Source: the human T2T-CHM13v2.0 reference genome, Homo sapiens. From it: 64,000 bases of DNA. The notes under the pieces are model-generated. The model made no database searches. It was given only the letters and a program-made list of their open reading frames with translations, and was not told the DNA's origin. Position numbers and translations under genes: made by a program. Position 1 is the first letter of the stretch; each line of letters opens with the position of its first letter. Below are positions 1 to 26,660 of the stretch, one piece after another. Location of the stretch: NCBI RefSeq assembly GCF_009914755.1, contig NC_060938.1. One strand, written 5' to 3'.

Positions 1-325
1 ATGCAAATGATATGATATGTAAATATGTATAAGTTATATAAAATATATAAATCATATAATAAAACCTGATAGGTAACATGGAGAAAATAAAAAGAGAACA
101 TGTGTTGAAGAAATAGTAATGCTCATTAATATTCCTTGTGCTCCTCCTACATTTTGGATTCACTTACATTAGGGTCATGCAACTAATTTTGGCCAGTGAG
201 CTGGGGAAAAAAGTGACTTATGCCACTTTCAATCTTCCTTTGAACTCTCTCTTTCCTATAGATGTGACCCTGGGAAACTACATGTTGAGATGCATCACGA
301 GACGGGCAAGCTTCCATCAGCCTAG

Positions 326-731
<406 letters not shown>

Positions 732-1807
732 TAAGTCATTGCCACAGTATCAACAAGTCTAACTTAATTAAAACAGATATAAAAATAGGGTCATGAGTTT
801 CAGAGTGTAAATGGGGCAGGTTACAGTATTAAATAGAAGATAGTGTAGGCTTTATTGAGAAGTTGAGATTTGAGGCAAGACGGAATGGAGGTGAGGTGAG
901 TATACTTGCCAAGCAGATTATCTGTGGGAATAGCATATACTAGGCAGGCGAATCAGTGAGCAAAGTTTCTGATCACCAAGTATGACTGGCAAGGAGGCTA
1001 GCTGTGGCCATAGCAGAGAGAGCAAGTAGAAGAGGTTAGGGAGGTAATGGGGGGCCAGATCAAGTAGAGCCTGGGAGGCCACCATAAGAAAACTGGCTTC
1101 TATTGTGAATCAAATGGGGAGCCACTGCAGGGTTTTGAGTAAAGCTGCTATGTAGAGATTAAATTTTAAGAGAGTAAGGCAAAAACAGGAAGACCAGTTA
1201 GAAGGCTGTTGGTATAATCTAGGTAAGAGATAACAGTGGTGTCTGTCTCTACAGCAGGGACTTGACCTTTAAAGTCTTTAAAAACCTTTAAAGTCTAATT
1301 TTTAAAAAGCTGTTGACAGCAAAAAAAAAAAAAAAAGAACCAAAAGAAGTAAAAAAAAAAAAAAAGTCAACTTTAAAAAAATCTTTCTGCACTTCCTTCT
1401 CTAACTTGGACCCTATAAGGAAGTAGAAATGTACAAAATTACTGATAAGAGTTCTTTATACACAACAAACTGAAGAAAAAATCACCTATAGAGTCTCAGA
1501 AGCTAGAGGTGAAGGTAGGACGGGGAAGGGTAGAGATTTTAAATAGGAGCAATGAAACCAAGTATGACTTAACCCACATTTATTCAATTTTACGATGTCC
1601 AAGGTGTTTAAAAAGGAGAGATGGAATGTTATCAAGCCAGATGCAGAGGCTAAAGAAGCTATGAGGCTTTCCTTTTCTCTGCTCCATGGCACCTTCAGAT
1701 TTCACTGGGATGAGGTGACTAAAGAAAACAAAATAAGTCATTTTTATTGACCGACTTTTTTTGGTCATTACTCTCCACCTTTATGATATGTTCTCTAGAT
1801 TTTTTTA

Positions 1808-2077
<270 letters not shown>

Positions 2078-2304
2078 CTACAGCCTGGGTGAAGAAGTGA
2101 GACTCTGTCTAAAAAAAAATTAAAAAGAAAACATTTTGGGGAACACTTGATCCAGTTCTGACTACATGATGACTTTCATATTTACTCCCCATTGAATAAC
2201 AGAATTCTGAACTTCTAAGTGTCAAAGTAAAAAAGAATTTCATCAGTAAGCAGACAAAAAAGACTACAGATCTTAATGGCTAAAGGAAATAACAGATAAA
2301 GTGA

Positions 2305-2461
2305 TATTTTTTTTTACTGTGCCTAATTTATAAATTAAACTTTATCATAGATACATATGTACAGGAAAAAAACAGTATATATAGCGTTGACTACTATCCA
2401 CAGTTTCAGGCACCAATGGGGGTCGTGGAACATATCCTCTGCTGATGAGCGGGGCTACTAT
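2305..2461 (+). mobile_element. Tigger4/MER46 (Zombi)-like DNA transposon end
   Basis: ACTGTGCCTAATTTATAAATTAAACTTTATCATAG...CAGTTTCAGGCACC...GGGGCTACTA matches my recalled consensus terminus. Confidence 0.6.
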
Positions 2462-2464
2462 ACC

Positions 2465-5850
<3,386 letters not shown>

Positions 5851-6957
5851 ATAAACCAAAAATAAACATATCCAGAATGTGACCACTTCTACCTCTACCA
5901 TTATTACCTGCTGTAAGCCACCAGCAATTCTCTCCTGCCTGTATTACTATAATATGTGTCTGGCACATAGTGCGCAGTCAATTAATACTTGTTGAACAAA
6001 GTAAACATAAGCCTTCAGCCACCAGCCTTACCATATTATATTCATGAAAACATGTGTCAAACGCCATAGTATCATTCAGTTCCTGGCCTCAAACATGGGC
6101 TGTGTTAACCCTTAGTTCTAAGAGCAACTGTGAAATCCACCATAATAAATTGCAATCTGAAAATCCTTTTCAGTAAACTTAAGAAACAGAATCCCAGCAC
6201 TTTGGGAGGATGAGATGGGTGGATCACCTCAGGTCAGGAGTTTGAGACCAGCCTGGCTAATGTGGCGAAACCTTGTCTCTACTAAAAATACAAAAATTAG
6301 CTGGGCCTGGTAGCATGCGCCTGTAGTCCTAGCTACTCGGGAGGCTGAGGTGGGAGAATCACTTGAACATGGAGGCAGAGGTTGCAATGAGTGAGATCAT
6401 GCCACTGCACTCCAGCCTGGGAGACAGAGTGAGACTCTGTCCCAAAAAAAAAAAAAAAAAAAAACTGACCCATATATAATCATTTAATGTACACATTAAA
6501 TGAGAAAAATATAATTTAAAACATTCTCAATCTACGGTTTTGACCTATTTGCATCTAATGTCAGTGTTATTACTGTTTCTCTTTTGAACTCTTAAGTTAC
6601 AAAGAATCAGTTTAGCAACTGAACTCACCATATACACATTATAATTAAAAATATATTTTATATCAAAAACCACAGTAAGGGAAGTGCTATTTGCTACCAT
6701 ACTAGTCGATATAATCTTACGTTAAAAAAACAGGATCTGTGTTCCAGTTCCTATTAAGGAAAGAATCTGTGAAGAAAGAGTAGGGCTACATGTTATAGCT
6801 TGTAACACGTCAGAGCTACAGGCAGGCCCCAGCATTCCAGATCATGAGGAAGAAATTCCTGATTGCCTCTCCAGAAACCAATAAATATAGACGTCCAGGC
6901 AGTTTCCAAGTCATTAGTACTTCTTCATTATCTACTGATTTTTTTTTTTTTTTTTGA

Positions 6958-7176
<219 letters not shown>

Positions 7177-8455
7177 TAATCCACCCTCATCTGCTTCGAG
7201 GCTCCAGAAAACTTCTCCAGTGTCTTGTGTGGATTCTGTGCAGATTTTTTTTTTAAATCCCTATTCAAACCTCCAGGGTTGAGAACAAATCTAGTCTGTG
7301 GTGACAATAGTTGTATAGCTGCCTCGGCACTCAGGAAAAAGTGAGTGTGGTAGGCTCATTAAGTACAATAATTTTCAAAATGCAAAACGCATTACAATGG
7401 CAAACTCAAATTCTGTCTTTCCCACATTAGTAAATTTAGCAATTCTGTAAGAGCTTAGTTTCTATTTTATAAAAAGTCAGAACTAGGGGGACTATCTCTT
7501 CCCCCATTCCTCAGTCACAGCAATCTAACTGACCTTTCTCTTGTTTCTGATACATATTTGTGGTATCGTCCTCCACTCTCTCCACTTCTTTTCTATTCCT
7601 ACCTAACCCAATCTTTCTTTTTTTCTTGGTACTCACTGGCTATAGCAGCAATCCTTTTTTTTTTTTTTTTTTTTTTGAGATGGAGTTTCCCTCTTGTCTC
7701 CCAGGCTGGAGTGCAATGCCCCATCTCGGTTTACTGCAACCTCCGCCTCCTGGGTTCAAATGATTCTCCTGCCTCAGCCTCCCAAGTAGCTGGGATTACA
7801 GGTGCCCACCACCATGCCCAGCTATTTTTTTTTTTTTTGTATTTTTAGTAGAGATGGGGTTTTGCCATATTGGCCAGGCTTGTCTCGAACTCCTAACCTC
7901 AGATGATCTGCTAGCCTCGGCCTCTCAAAGTGCTGGGATTACAGGCATGAGCCACTGTGCCCAGCCAGCAATCCTTTATTTCTGACCGTTAATTTGGCTA
8001 GACTTTTTTAAGCCAAAATTCAATTCTAGGCAGACATTAGGAGAAATAAATATGAATTTATTATTTACTGAGAGGTTAGTAATTTTTATTTGACATACAA
8101 TTTACTACATACCAGGTGCTATTCTAAGAGCTTTTACAAATATTAACCCATGTAATCATCAGAACAACCATATGGCGTAGCTATTCTAATTCACCTCATT
8201 TTATAGATGAAACTGCGGCACAGCAGGGTCAAATTTTTGCCCTAAGTCAACCAGCTATCAGGTTATGGATCTGTGATTCAAGCACAGGAAGTCTGATTCC
8301 TGAGTCTGAGCTCTTAACTACTACACTATGCTGCCCTTCATATATAAAGTTGTTCAAAGTGTGTTGTTTAATTTCTTTTATCCTTAGGATCAAGTAGAAT
8401 ATCACTCAAATATATTTTAAGTTTTTCTTAGAATGAAGGCTAAATAAAAATTTCA

Positions 8456-8881
<426 letters not shown>

Positions 8882-10319
8882 CTAATTCCTTTTCCAATTT
8901 ATCATTGCTTCTTACTTTATATTTTTATCATTACACAAATGGGTAACAATTTTAAATTTGGCAGGGGTTTCCTGGCTTCTGTTTTCATTTTCATAGAGAA
9001 TGTTGAGCTGTATCTGTGGCATTTATGTATTTCCTCTAATAAGAATGTTTTTACTGAAATTAAATCTTTAGGTCTTATAGAGTAGAAAGTAAAAATTACA
9101 AGTCCTTCACATTATTTTCAAATACATAAAAATGTAAAAATGTACCAAACCCAAAACAGATCACATGACATCCTAGATGTTTTTAATTTCATACCACTAT
9201 CTAATCTTTTCACTGCACATCCTTGATCACAAGAAAATTTATCTAAACGTTTCCCTCAATTATTCTACCAAACGGCTTTTTTCTTTGTGATATACTTTCT
9301 CACTATTATACATAATAAGAATTATTTTGCATATTTTGGCATGTTCCATTTACATTCATTGAAGGTAGTAAATTAAGTCAATAAAATCACTTGCAATTAA
9401 AACAATTACAAAAACTGTCTTTAATACAATTTAAATTTTTCAGAGTAACTTAAATATGGAAGGCAGGCACAGGAAAGAATTTCTGTTCAATTCTAGGAAT
9501 GAATAGTGTACATGTAAACGGATGACAATAATGGCACATTAAAGATAGACATGCCTTGTTCTCATACATTACTAGTGTAATGAAAACTGATACAACCTTT
9601 CTGGAAAGCATTTTGTCAATACACAGAAGAGCTCTAAATGTTCATATATATTGACCCAGCAATGCTAGAATTCTATACTAAGGACATAGAAATGTGGGTA
9701 AGGATTCATATTTTTAAATGTTTGTCATAAAATTATTGATAACATACAATAATTATAAACCAAATTTATTGGTTATAATGAAGTAGTTAAAAATATGAGT
9801 TTATAGAGCTACATAGACCTATCACTATTTACTTCATGCATTATATTGGAACTCCAAACATGTAAATAACAGAAACCAATTTAGATTATTTTAAGAAGAA
9901 AAAAAGGAGATGCATTAAAAGGATAGACAGCGTCTCACAGAACCCTAAGGTGGAATGAGGCTAAGCTTGGAGAAGAAACCACAACTATAAACAGAACAGT
10001 CACAGGATCATCTTTTCTTTCTATATTTCCGCTTCATTTTTCTTTTTCTACAGACCAGCTTCTCTGCCTTTCAGTCCACATGACAGACAAAGGCTTCTGA
10101 ATTTACTTCCTCATTGAGAAAACCAGCCCAGACTCTGTACCTGTTCTCAAATCCTAAGGGACGAGATCATGTAAAGAAAATATAGCTTCCCTATAGGTAA
10201 GGGAGCTTTTAGAGAGTTATAAACTAGGCAGACACCCCAAAAGCTACTTCTTCAGTTGTAGGACCATGGGATAGGGCTAGCCGCATAATCTCTTTACATC
10301 TCAGTTTCCTCATCTATAA

Positions 10320-11499
<1,180 letters not shown>

Positions 11500-12036
11500 T
11501 ATAATATTAAATAAAAAGAATAAACTCCACATATAATATGGTCCCAACTATTTTCAAATTGTAAGGAAATAAAAAATTAACATTAGCTTTTTCTTTTTTT
11601 AATTTATTTTCTAAGTCTTCTATAAATTTCAGTACTTATCTTGCTTGTTCTCTTAGCAGAATAACAATGTTAACTACTTTTCTTTTCTAGAAACACCCTC
11701 TCTCTTACTTTCACTTCTGGCTTCCCTCTGTACTACATTCATTTTATGATACTGTCCAATCTACACCCCTCTCTTCTGAAAACTTCCCCCACTTGGACCC
11801 AGCAGTGTGGCCCTGGAGACATGCTCATCCCCTGTGATCCTGCTCCCTTGACCACAGCTACTTGGATCAGGAATGAACACTTGGCACTAGGGAAGCAAAA
11901 CCATTGGCTGTGCTGAGCCAGTCAGATTCTTTTTTCTAAAAGTAGCTGCAAATAAAGTCAGAAAGAGAGTCTCTACTGTGTGCTTGAATTTATAAAAATA
12001 AAACTATGAGTGAGGCAGACATGTGCGTATGAAAAC

Positions 12037-12386
<350 letters not shown>

Positions 12387-12823
12387 TCAAGCAATCCACC
12401 ATTCTCAGCCTCCCAAAGTTCTGGGATTACAGACCTGCACCACTGTGCCCAGCAGACCCTCTCTTCTTCTGTGTGTACTCATTTTGCACCTATATGCTGA
12501 TGACAAGAAACTGGTCCTGATCTTCATGTATAGAACCATCTCCTGGACAGCTCCAGATGACTTATAGACACTTCAAACTCGAAATACCTAAAACTGAAGT
12601 CATCTCCATGCCGTTGCCACTTTCCCCAAATCTGACCCACTTTCATTATTTGCTATTTCTATAAACCAAACTACTACTTCTCAGCTTGCCAAGCAGGAAA
12701 CCTCAGAACAATACTTTTTTTCCTTCTTACTGATATATCCAATTAGTCACCATGTTTTGTCAATTCTACCTCTTAATATCTATCAAATTCACCCATTTCT
12801 CTCTACTGCCATTGACACTAAGT

Positions 12824-12903
12824 CAGGGACTGGCAAAGCTTTTTGTAAAGAGCCTGATAGCAACTATTTAGGCTCTGTGGCCTAAACGGTCTATGTCAGA
12901 ACT
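12824..12903 (+). mobile_element. MER58A-like hAT fragment, cut by the Ricksha insertion
   Basis: CAGGGACTGGCAAAGCTTTTTGTAAAGAGCCTGATAG...TTTAGGCTCTGTGGCC resembles the MER58 5' end. Confidence 0.6.
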
Positions 12904-14895
<1,992 letters not shown>

Positions 14896-14929
14896 TTTTG
14901 AGCCGGAGTTTCACTCTTGTGAAACTCAG

Positions 14930-18080
<3,151 letters not shown>

Positions 18081-18364
18081 AGATACAGTTTTTAAAAATC
18101 AACATGTGCCCTATAAATATATGCCTACTAGGTACCCATAGCAATAAAAAAATTAAAAATCTGTAAAGATCAGTAAGTAAAATACCAATAATCTAAGTGA
18201 AAAAAAATAAAAGAAATGCTTTGAATAGACAGCTCACAGAAAAGGAAACATAAGTGGTCAATAAACCTATGGAAAGTTCTTCAACTTTACTGATAAGACT
18301 AATTCAAATTAAATACAATGTTAAAATTACTTTGTCATCTGTAAAATTAGGATAGTAAAAATTC

Positions 18365-18373
18365 ATATATATG

Positions 18374-18444
<71 letters not shown>
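18365..18444. repeat. (TA)n microsatellite plus poly-T at an Alu tail
   Basis: AT run 18381-18417 followed by a T-tract. Confidence 0.93.
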
Positions 18445-18458
18445 GACATGGAGTTTAG

Positions 18459-18554
<96 letters not shown>

Positions 18555-19219
18555 TAGCTGGGATTACAGGTGCTTGTCACCACACCCGGCTAATTTTTGT
18601 ATTTTTAGTAGAGACAGGGCTTCTCCATGTCTGACCTCGGCTGATCCGCCCACCTCAGCCTCCCAAAGTGCTATGATTACAGGTGTGAGCCACCACGCCT
18701 GGCCACATAAAAATTATTTTTTTTTAATTTAAGAAAAATTATTTTGAGGAATATCAATAAATTTGATAACATACTGCAACACTGAAAGCATAGGAAACCA
18801 GATACTCTCATACATTTCCAGGATGAATGTAAATTAGTACAATCTTTATGACAGGCAATTTTACGTTATCTGTTAAAATTTAAATGCCTATATTCTTTGA
18901 CATAGTAATGTGTTCCAGTAAACAGTCACTGTGTCATTACACTAGCAAACAATTGGAAAACTAAAGGTATTGGAATATTTCTTGAGGGGAGCGCTGGGAA
19001 AATAAATAAATAAATGTATAGAAATAGTCAACTTATTAAATTATGTCATATTAATATATTGGAACAGCATGCAAATGTGAAAAAAATTAGATAGCATTTT
19101 CTCTCTCCTTCTGTTTGCCTCTCTCCCTCTCTCTCTCTATATATATATAGAATTAATTTATGTAAGGCATTTTTAAAAATCATAGACACATAATTAGTAT
19201 TCATTAATTGTTGGACTTA

Positions 19220-19805
<586 letters not shown>

Positions 19806-22175
19806 TTACTAAGTGATAAAAGCAAGATCCAGAACAGTACAGTATATTACCTTGTGTATGAATAATAAACTATATAGGCCGGGTGCGGTGGCTCATGCCT
19901 GTAATCCCAGCACTTTGGGAGGTCGAGGCGGGTGGATCACCTGAGGTCAAGAGTTCAAGACCAGCCTGGCCAACATGCTGAAACCCCATTTCTACTAAAA
20001 ATTAAAAAAATTAGCCGGGCGTGATGGTGGACGCCTGTAATCCCAGCTAGTTAGGAGGCTGAGGCAGGAGAATCACTTGAACCTGGGAGCCGGAGGTTGC
20101 GGTGAGCCAAGGTCGCACCATTGCACTGCACTCCAGCCTGGGCAACAAGAGCAAAACTCCGTCTCAAAACAAACAAACAACTATATAAATGTATGTCTGC
20201 AAAAGTAGAGACTACCTCTGGGAAGCTAAACAAGAGATGTCTAACACTGAATCCTTCAGAAAAAAAGACCCTAGAAGCTGTGGGACAGAGAAAGAAATGT
20301 ACTCTTCTTTTCATGTTTCTTTTTTTGAGACAGAGTCTTGTTCTGTCAGCAGGGTTCAAGCAACCTCTGCCTCCCAGGTTAAAGCAATTCTCCTGTCTCA
20401 GCCTCCCAAGTAGTTGGGACTACAGGCACCTGCCACCACACCCAGCTAATTTTTGTATTTTTAATAGACACGGGGTTTCACCATATTGGTCAGGCTGGTC
20501 TTGAACTCCTGACCTCAGGCGATCCGTTCGTCTCGGCCTTCAAAAGTGCTGGGATTACAGGCGTGAGCCACAGCACCCAGCCTAATTTCTGTATTTTTAG
20601 TAGAGACAGGCATGGTGGTGGGTGAGCCAAGATCGTGCCACTGCACTCCAGGCTGGGCAACAGAGCAAGACGCCATCTCAAAAAAAATACAAAATTAGCC
20701 GGGTGTGGTGGCACACACCTGTCATCCCAGCTACCCAGGAGGCTGAGGTAGAAGAATCACTTGAACACAGGAGGCGGAGGTTGTAGTGAGCCACGATCAT
20801 GCCACTGCACTCCAGCCTGGTGACAAGAACAAGACTTCGTATCCAGAAAAAAAAAAAAGGAATTAGTAATAAGGACTTATAAACTCAGGAAAACGTGAAT
20901 TTCAAACACAAGTATCGTGCTCCATAAAAAAGAGGCAAGCCAATTCAATTTTTTAATAAACTGTGTTTCTTTCCAGAATTACCATAGTGATCAATTTTTC
21001 TTGGATCTTGCAGCCTCCTCTGGTCTTTACTGTGACCTACTTTTGTAACTCTTACTTTTTGCCTTTCTTCCATTTATCTTTTCATGACCTCACAGATATC
21101 TTCTTCTATTATTTACAGTAAACAACATTTTGACAGAATATTCTTATGTGTCTTTCTTTTCCAAAGCTCTTACTATGTTTATCAAATTTTTTATTTATAT
21201 TAGGTGACAAATCAGCATTTGATTTCAGTCAACATCTTCATACATGTTTAAAACACAAATATTTGTGGATGTTGCATATGTATGTACATACACAAACACA
21301 AATTATCTTCTCAAGGTATATAAAAGCTATTCTCATATTTTAAGAATACAATCATATATTTCAAAAATAATATTACTGCAAGCATACCTTAAAAATCACA
21401 CACAAAGTGTGATTTAAAATGAATTTTCTATATAAGCTGCTGAGTCAGTCTGAGCCCCTGACACTTACTGGCTAGGTTACTTTGCTTAAGTTACATAATA
21501 TAACCTCCCTGTACCTCAGTTTCCTCATCTGTAAACCCATGCTAGTAATAGGAACATTGGGGTATTATAGAAGAGTAAATGAGATAAAAGACATTTCAAA
21601 CAATGTCTGATTCATAGTAAGTGCTTAAAAATATATATTAACAGCTGGGCGCAGTGGCTCATGCCTGTAATCCCAACACTTTAGGAGTCCAAGGTGGGCA
21701 GATCACAAGGTCAGGAGTTAGAGGCTAGCCTGACCAACATGGTGAAACCCTGTCTCTATTGAAAAAAAAAAAAAAAAAAAATTAGCCGGGCGTGGTGGGG
21801 CGTGCCTGTAATCCCAGCTACTCAGGAGGCTGAAGTAGGAGAACTACTTGAACCCAGGAGGCAGAGGTTGCAGTGAGCCAATATCGCACCACTGCACTCC
21901 AGCCTGGGCAACAGAGTGAGACTCCATCTCAAAAAATAAAAAATAAAAAATAAAAATATTAACAATGCTATAACATTATTATTATAAAATATAATTATTA
22001 TAATAAAAAGTAGTAAAAGCACACAAAATGAAAGACTAGTTGGCAATGAGTTGTCTATAAAGTAAGTGCTACAGCTAATTTTTAGCAGGGCAAGGTGGCT
22101 GACGCCTGTAATACCAGCACTTTGGGAGGCCGAGGTGGGAGGATCACTTGAGCTCAGGAGTTCAAGACCAGCCTA

Positions 22176-22394
<219 letters not shown>

Positions 22395-22857
22395 CTAAAA
22401 CCTTCTAATTAAATAAAGTATACAGTTAAAACTGATTACATTCCATATTATTTAAAAATTAAATTAATTCAAGTCAAACAGAGCTTTAAAAATTAAGAAA
22501 TTTTATTTTTGAAAAGAACATGCAAACATAAATGGAAAAGGAACGTCATATTGTTTATCTTATTCTTCAAAGGACTATTTATTGTCTTTATATCAGATGC
22601 TCCTTATTTCTTAATTTTTTTTCCAATTCAGGCTACAAAAAATTCCAATGAATAATATGAGAGCAATAACCATTATCCTAGGCAATGGATCTCAAGTTAT
22701 TTAATCCTTGGGAAAAGGTCATAACATTTTCTATCCTCCATCACCATAAAATTTATATACAAAACTCTTTAAGTAATTACTTGGAGCTATACTATTCCAA
22801 TCTCTCCTTTGTCTTATAACGTACCTTAAAAAAATTCAGGCAGGGTGCAGTGACTCA

Positions 22858-23201
<344 letters not shown>

Positions 23202-24009
23202 CTAATGGGTCAGAATCTCTGGGAAACTTACCCTGGGAAATGTAGAAATCTGCATTTTTAAACAACCCCGAGTTTGTACGCTGTCTTTTTTTTTTGAGAT
23301 AGGGTCTTGCCCTGTCATCTAGGCTGAAGTGCAGTGGTGCAATCACACCTCACTGCAGCCTCAACCTCCCAGGCTCAAGTGATGCTCCCACCTCAGCCTC
23401 CCTAGTAGCTAGAACTACAGGCATGCGCCACCATGCCCAGCTGATTTTTGATTTTTTTTTGCAGAGACAGGGTCTCGCTATATTGCCCAGGCTGGTCTCC
23501 AACTCCTGGGCTCAAGGGATCCTTCCGCCTCAGCCTCCCAAAGTGCTAGGTGTACAGGGATGAACCACTACACCTGGCCATATACTGTCATTTTAAGTGT
23601 AAGTGAGGAATAATGAAACAGAAAGGATTAATTTAAAATGCTCTGGGTGGTGAATCTTGAGCAAATTTCAATGAGGGCAGAAACATTAAGTAGTAGGTAG
23701 TAGTGAAGTAGTAAAGCCAAGACAAAGGAATGGTATAGAACTCAGTTTCAAGAGATGTTTCAGCACGCCAGGCATATATAAGTAACCATACCTGTCCCAA
23801 ATAAGCAGCTGAGGCACAGCAGATAGGCAAGACTGCCAACCAAAACTTATTAGAAAAACACCAGGCTTTCATTATTTAATTCTTCCCCCAGTTTCTAGGG
23901 GAAAGGCTTTCTATATAAGCCTCCAATGCAGTACAATACTAATTCACAGAGTAGAGGACCCAAACAGCTGAAGCAAAGGAAGGTACTTTTGTTTTCAATA
24001 GATAACAAG

Positions 24010-24040
<31 letters not shown>

Positions 24041-24450
24041 AGGAAAAGGAAAAGGAGGCCAGGCGCGGTGGCTCACGCCTGTAATGCCAGCACTCTGGGA
24101 GGCCAGTGGTGGGGAGGCCGATGAGCGGGGGGCGGCTAATTTTTTGTATTTTTTAGTAGAGACGGGGTTTCACTGTGTTAGCCAGGATGGTCTCAATCTC
24201 CTGATTGAGATCAGGAGATTGCAGAGAGCCGAGATTGCGCCACAGCACTCCAGCCTGGGCAACAGAGCGAGACTCCGTCTTAAAAAAAAAAAAGGAAAAG
24301 CTGGCACTTGGGAGGCCAAGGAGGGAGGATAACTTGAGCCCAGGAGTTCGAGACCAGCCTAGGCAATATAGTGAGACCCCGACTCTTAGGGAAAAAAAAA
24401 AGGAAAAAGGTTAAAAAGCCATCTTGTTTTTTGTACTGGATTATTAGTCA

Positions 24451-24618
<168 letters not shown>

Positions 24619-24664
24619 TTAAAAAATTAGCTGGTGTGGTGGTAGGCGCCTGTAATCCCAGCTA

Positions 24665-24769
<105 letters not shown>

Positions 24770-26660
24770 TCAGGAGGCTTTCTTTCAGAACAACTAACCG
24801 AAAAATCATGCAAATTTAGAGTGAAAAAATGTAAAATAAGAAATTTAAAGCATTACAAGATTAATTTTAATGTAACTGGTCAGTTTGCACATCTGTAAAA
24901 TGACAGTTTGAAACTAAGTGATTTCTAACATCCGGTCTACTTCAAAGTCTAAAATTCTATGATACGCAAATTTCTTAAACTTTGAGTTAAATATACTAGG
25001 TTGTTTAAAAACTAAATCTAAGCTTATTCTGATAATTCAAATAACCCTGAAATGTTAGAATATCAATATCCCATAAACGATTCAGCAGTACTGTTTTCAG
25101 ACTTCCAGTTAGTATGTGTCCAGAACAAATAAAGAGCAAAAATAGCTATTTTCTCTTACTTTGACTGCTAATACTAATAGCATACAAAATAGCTACTCAC
25201 TGAGAAGGCATCATAAAAGGCTCTATTGTTACAGAATCCTAAAAGTCTCACGAAAATAAGAGAAACATCATCAGCTAACATCACCAGGCCAAACACAGCT
25301 CATTGAAAATCTTAAATTCTGAAATATTTAGATTAAATGAAAACTTCGAGATATTTATCTGTTACGCAAAACAGGTAGCACTGCTTCACAATCTGAACAT
25401 CACCGTATAGCTCCTTTGGTTAAACAGAAAAAAACTTCCCATGGTACTCTTTCCTCCTAATTCTGCCATTCTTACTATGCACAATGCGTATTTTCCATGT
25501 ACTGTAAGAGAGATGCACTACACAGAAGTATCCATGGGGACGAAATTTTATCTACACTGAAATTTAATGTGGGATAAGTAAGCTTATCATAATGGAGTTT
25601 TACACAGAATGTGTATTTCTCAATGTAAAATGATTTTGTGAAGTAAAGGGGGAAAAAATAGAGGAAGTTTGTTTCCTTAGAATCTCCACAATTACGCACT
25701 TTATTCTTAAAATAAGGGACTGGTCTGCAGGATTAACAAATCTTACAGTTCAAAGACAGATAAACATTGGAAGGCCAAAAGAAGTAAGCAAAATAAAAAC
25801 GATTACCATTAAAAACTCTTCCCTTGGCAGTTTTCAGAGAGGGTTAAAAAAAAAAAAAATTTTCCTGATTGTCAGGCTGACCCTGCTGTCATATTTGCCA
25901 TTTTTATAAACCCACTAGTTTGATCAAGAGCCCTATCTTTAAGAATAACTTTTAAACCATGCATTTTTAGAGTTAATGAGGCAATAACACTATAGTATTA
26001 CAGTTGTAGCTCAACAACTGTTAGATACTACAGATTAGTGATCCAGAAGATAATCAAACTTTATCAGCAAAGTAGCAACCACACCCCTTAAAAACAGAAC
26101 TCACCCTGTGCTCCATTAACTTCCATAAAGGGAACTTCGATGAAAATCGATTACTTCATTGCTTGGAACTAGCATGTTTGTTTTGGAATTACACTAACGT
26201 TTTGTAAACACTGTCTCACGGTAAAGCTAATGACTTTACCTCTTTCTGAAACAGTTTTAGGGAAGAAGGCACCATATATTACGGTGAAACTGGGTCTTAG
26301 TTTACATAGCGATTATTTAAAAAATTCACTTCCACTGTGCATTACAAGAATTAAAGCCGTTTAAAAAACTCAACCAAAGCCCAATGACAATGTATTACTC
26401 TAGGAAAAGTGTGTCCTTTGGGTTCTAAGGCATTAAATTGGAATTTAATATTAAAATAGAATTCAACGGCTAAGTATCCAGTTTCCCCCAATCACTTAAT
26501 TTTTCAAAACCCAGAAAGGGCCTGTTTGCGAGTATTGTGAAAACCTGTGGAAAGAGAGGCTTTGGAGGGGAACGGTCGAATTAAAATAAATGCAGAGAGC
26601 AAAGAGAACTCCGAGTTCTTTGAACTCCCCCAGGCTGAACAGGACGAGAAGGAACCCTAC

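Noticed and set aside
1265-1381. Short direct repeat ACCTTTAAAGTCT and orphan A-tracts
   Set aside because: No recognisable retroposed body or convincing TSD; low-complexity sequence.
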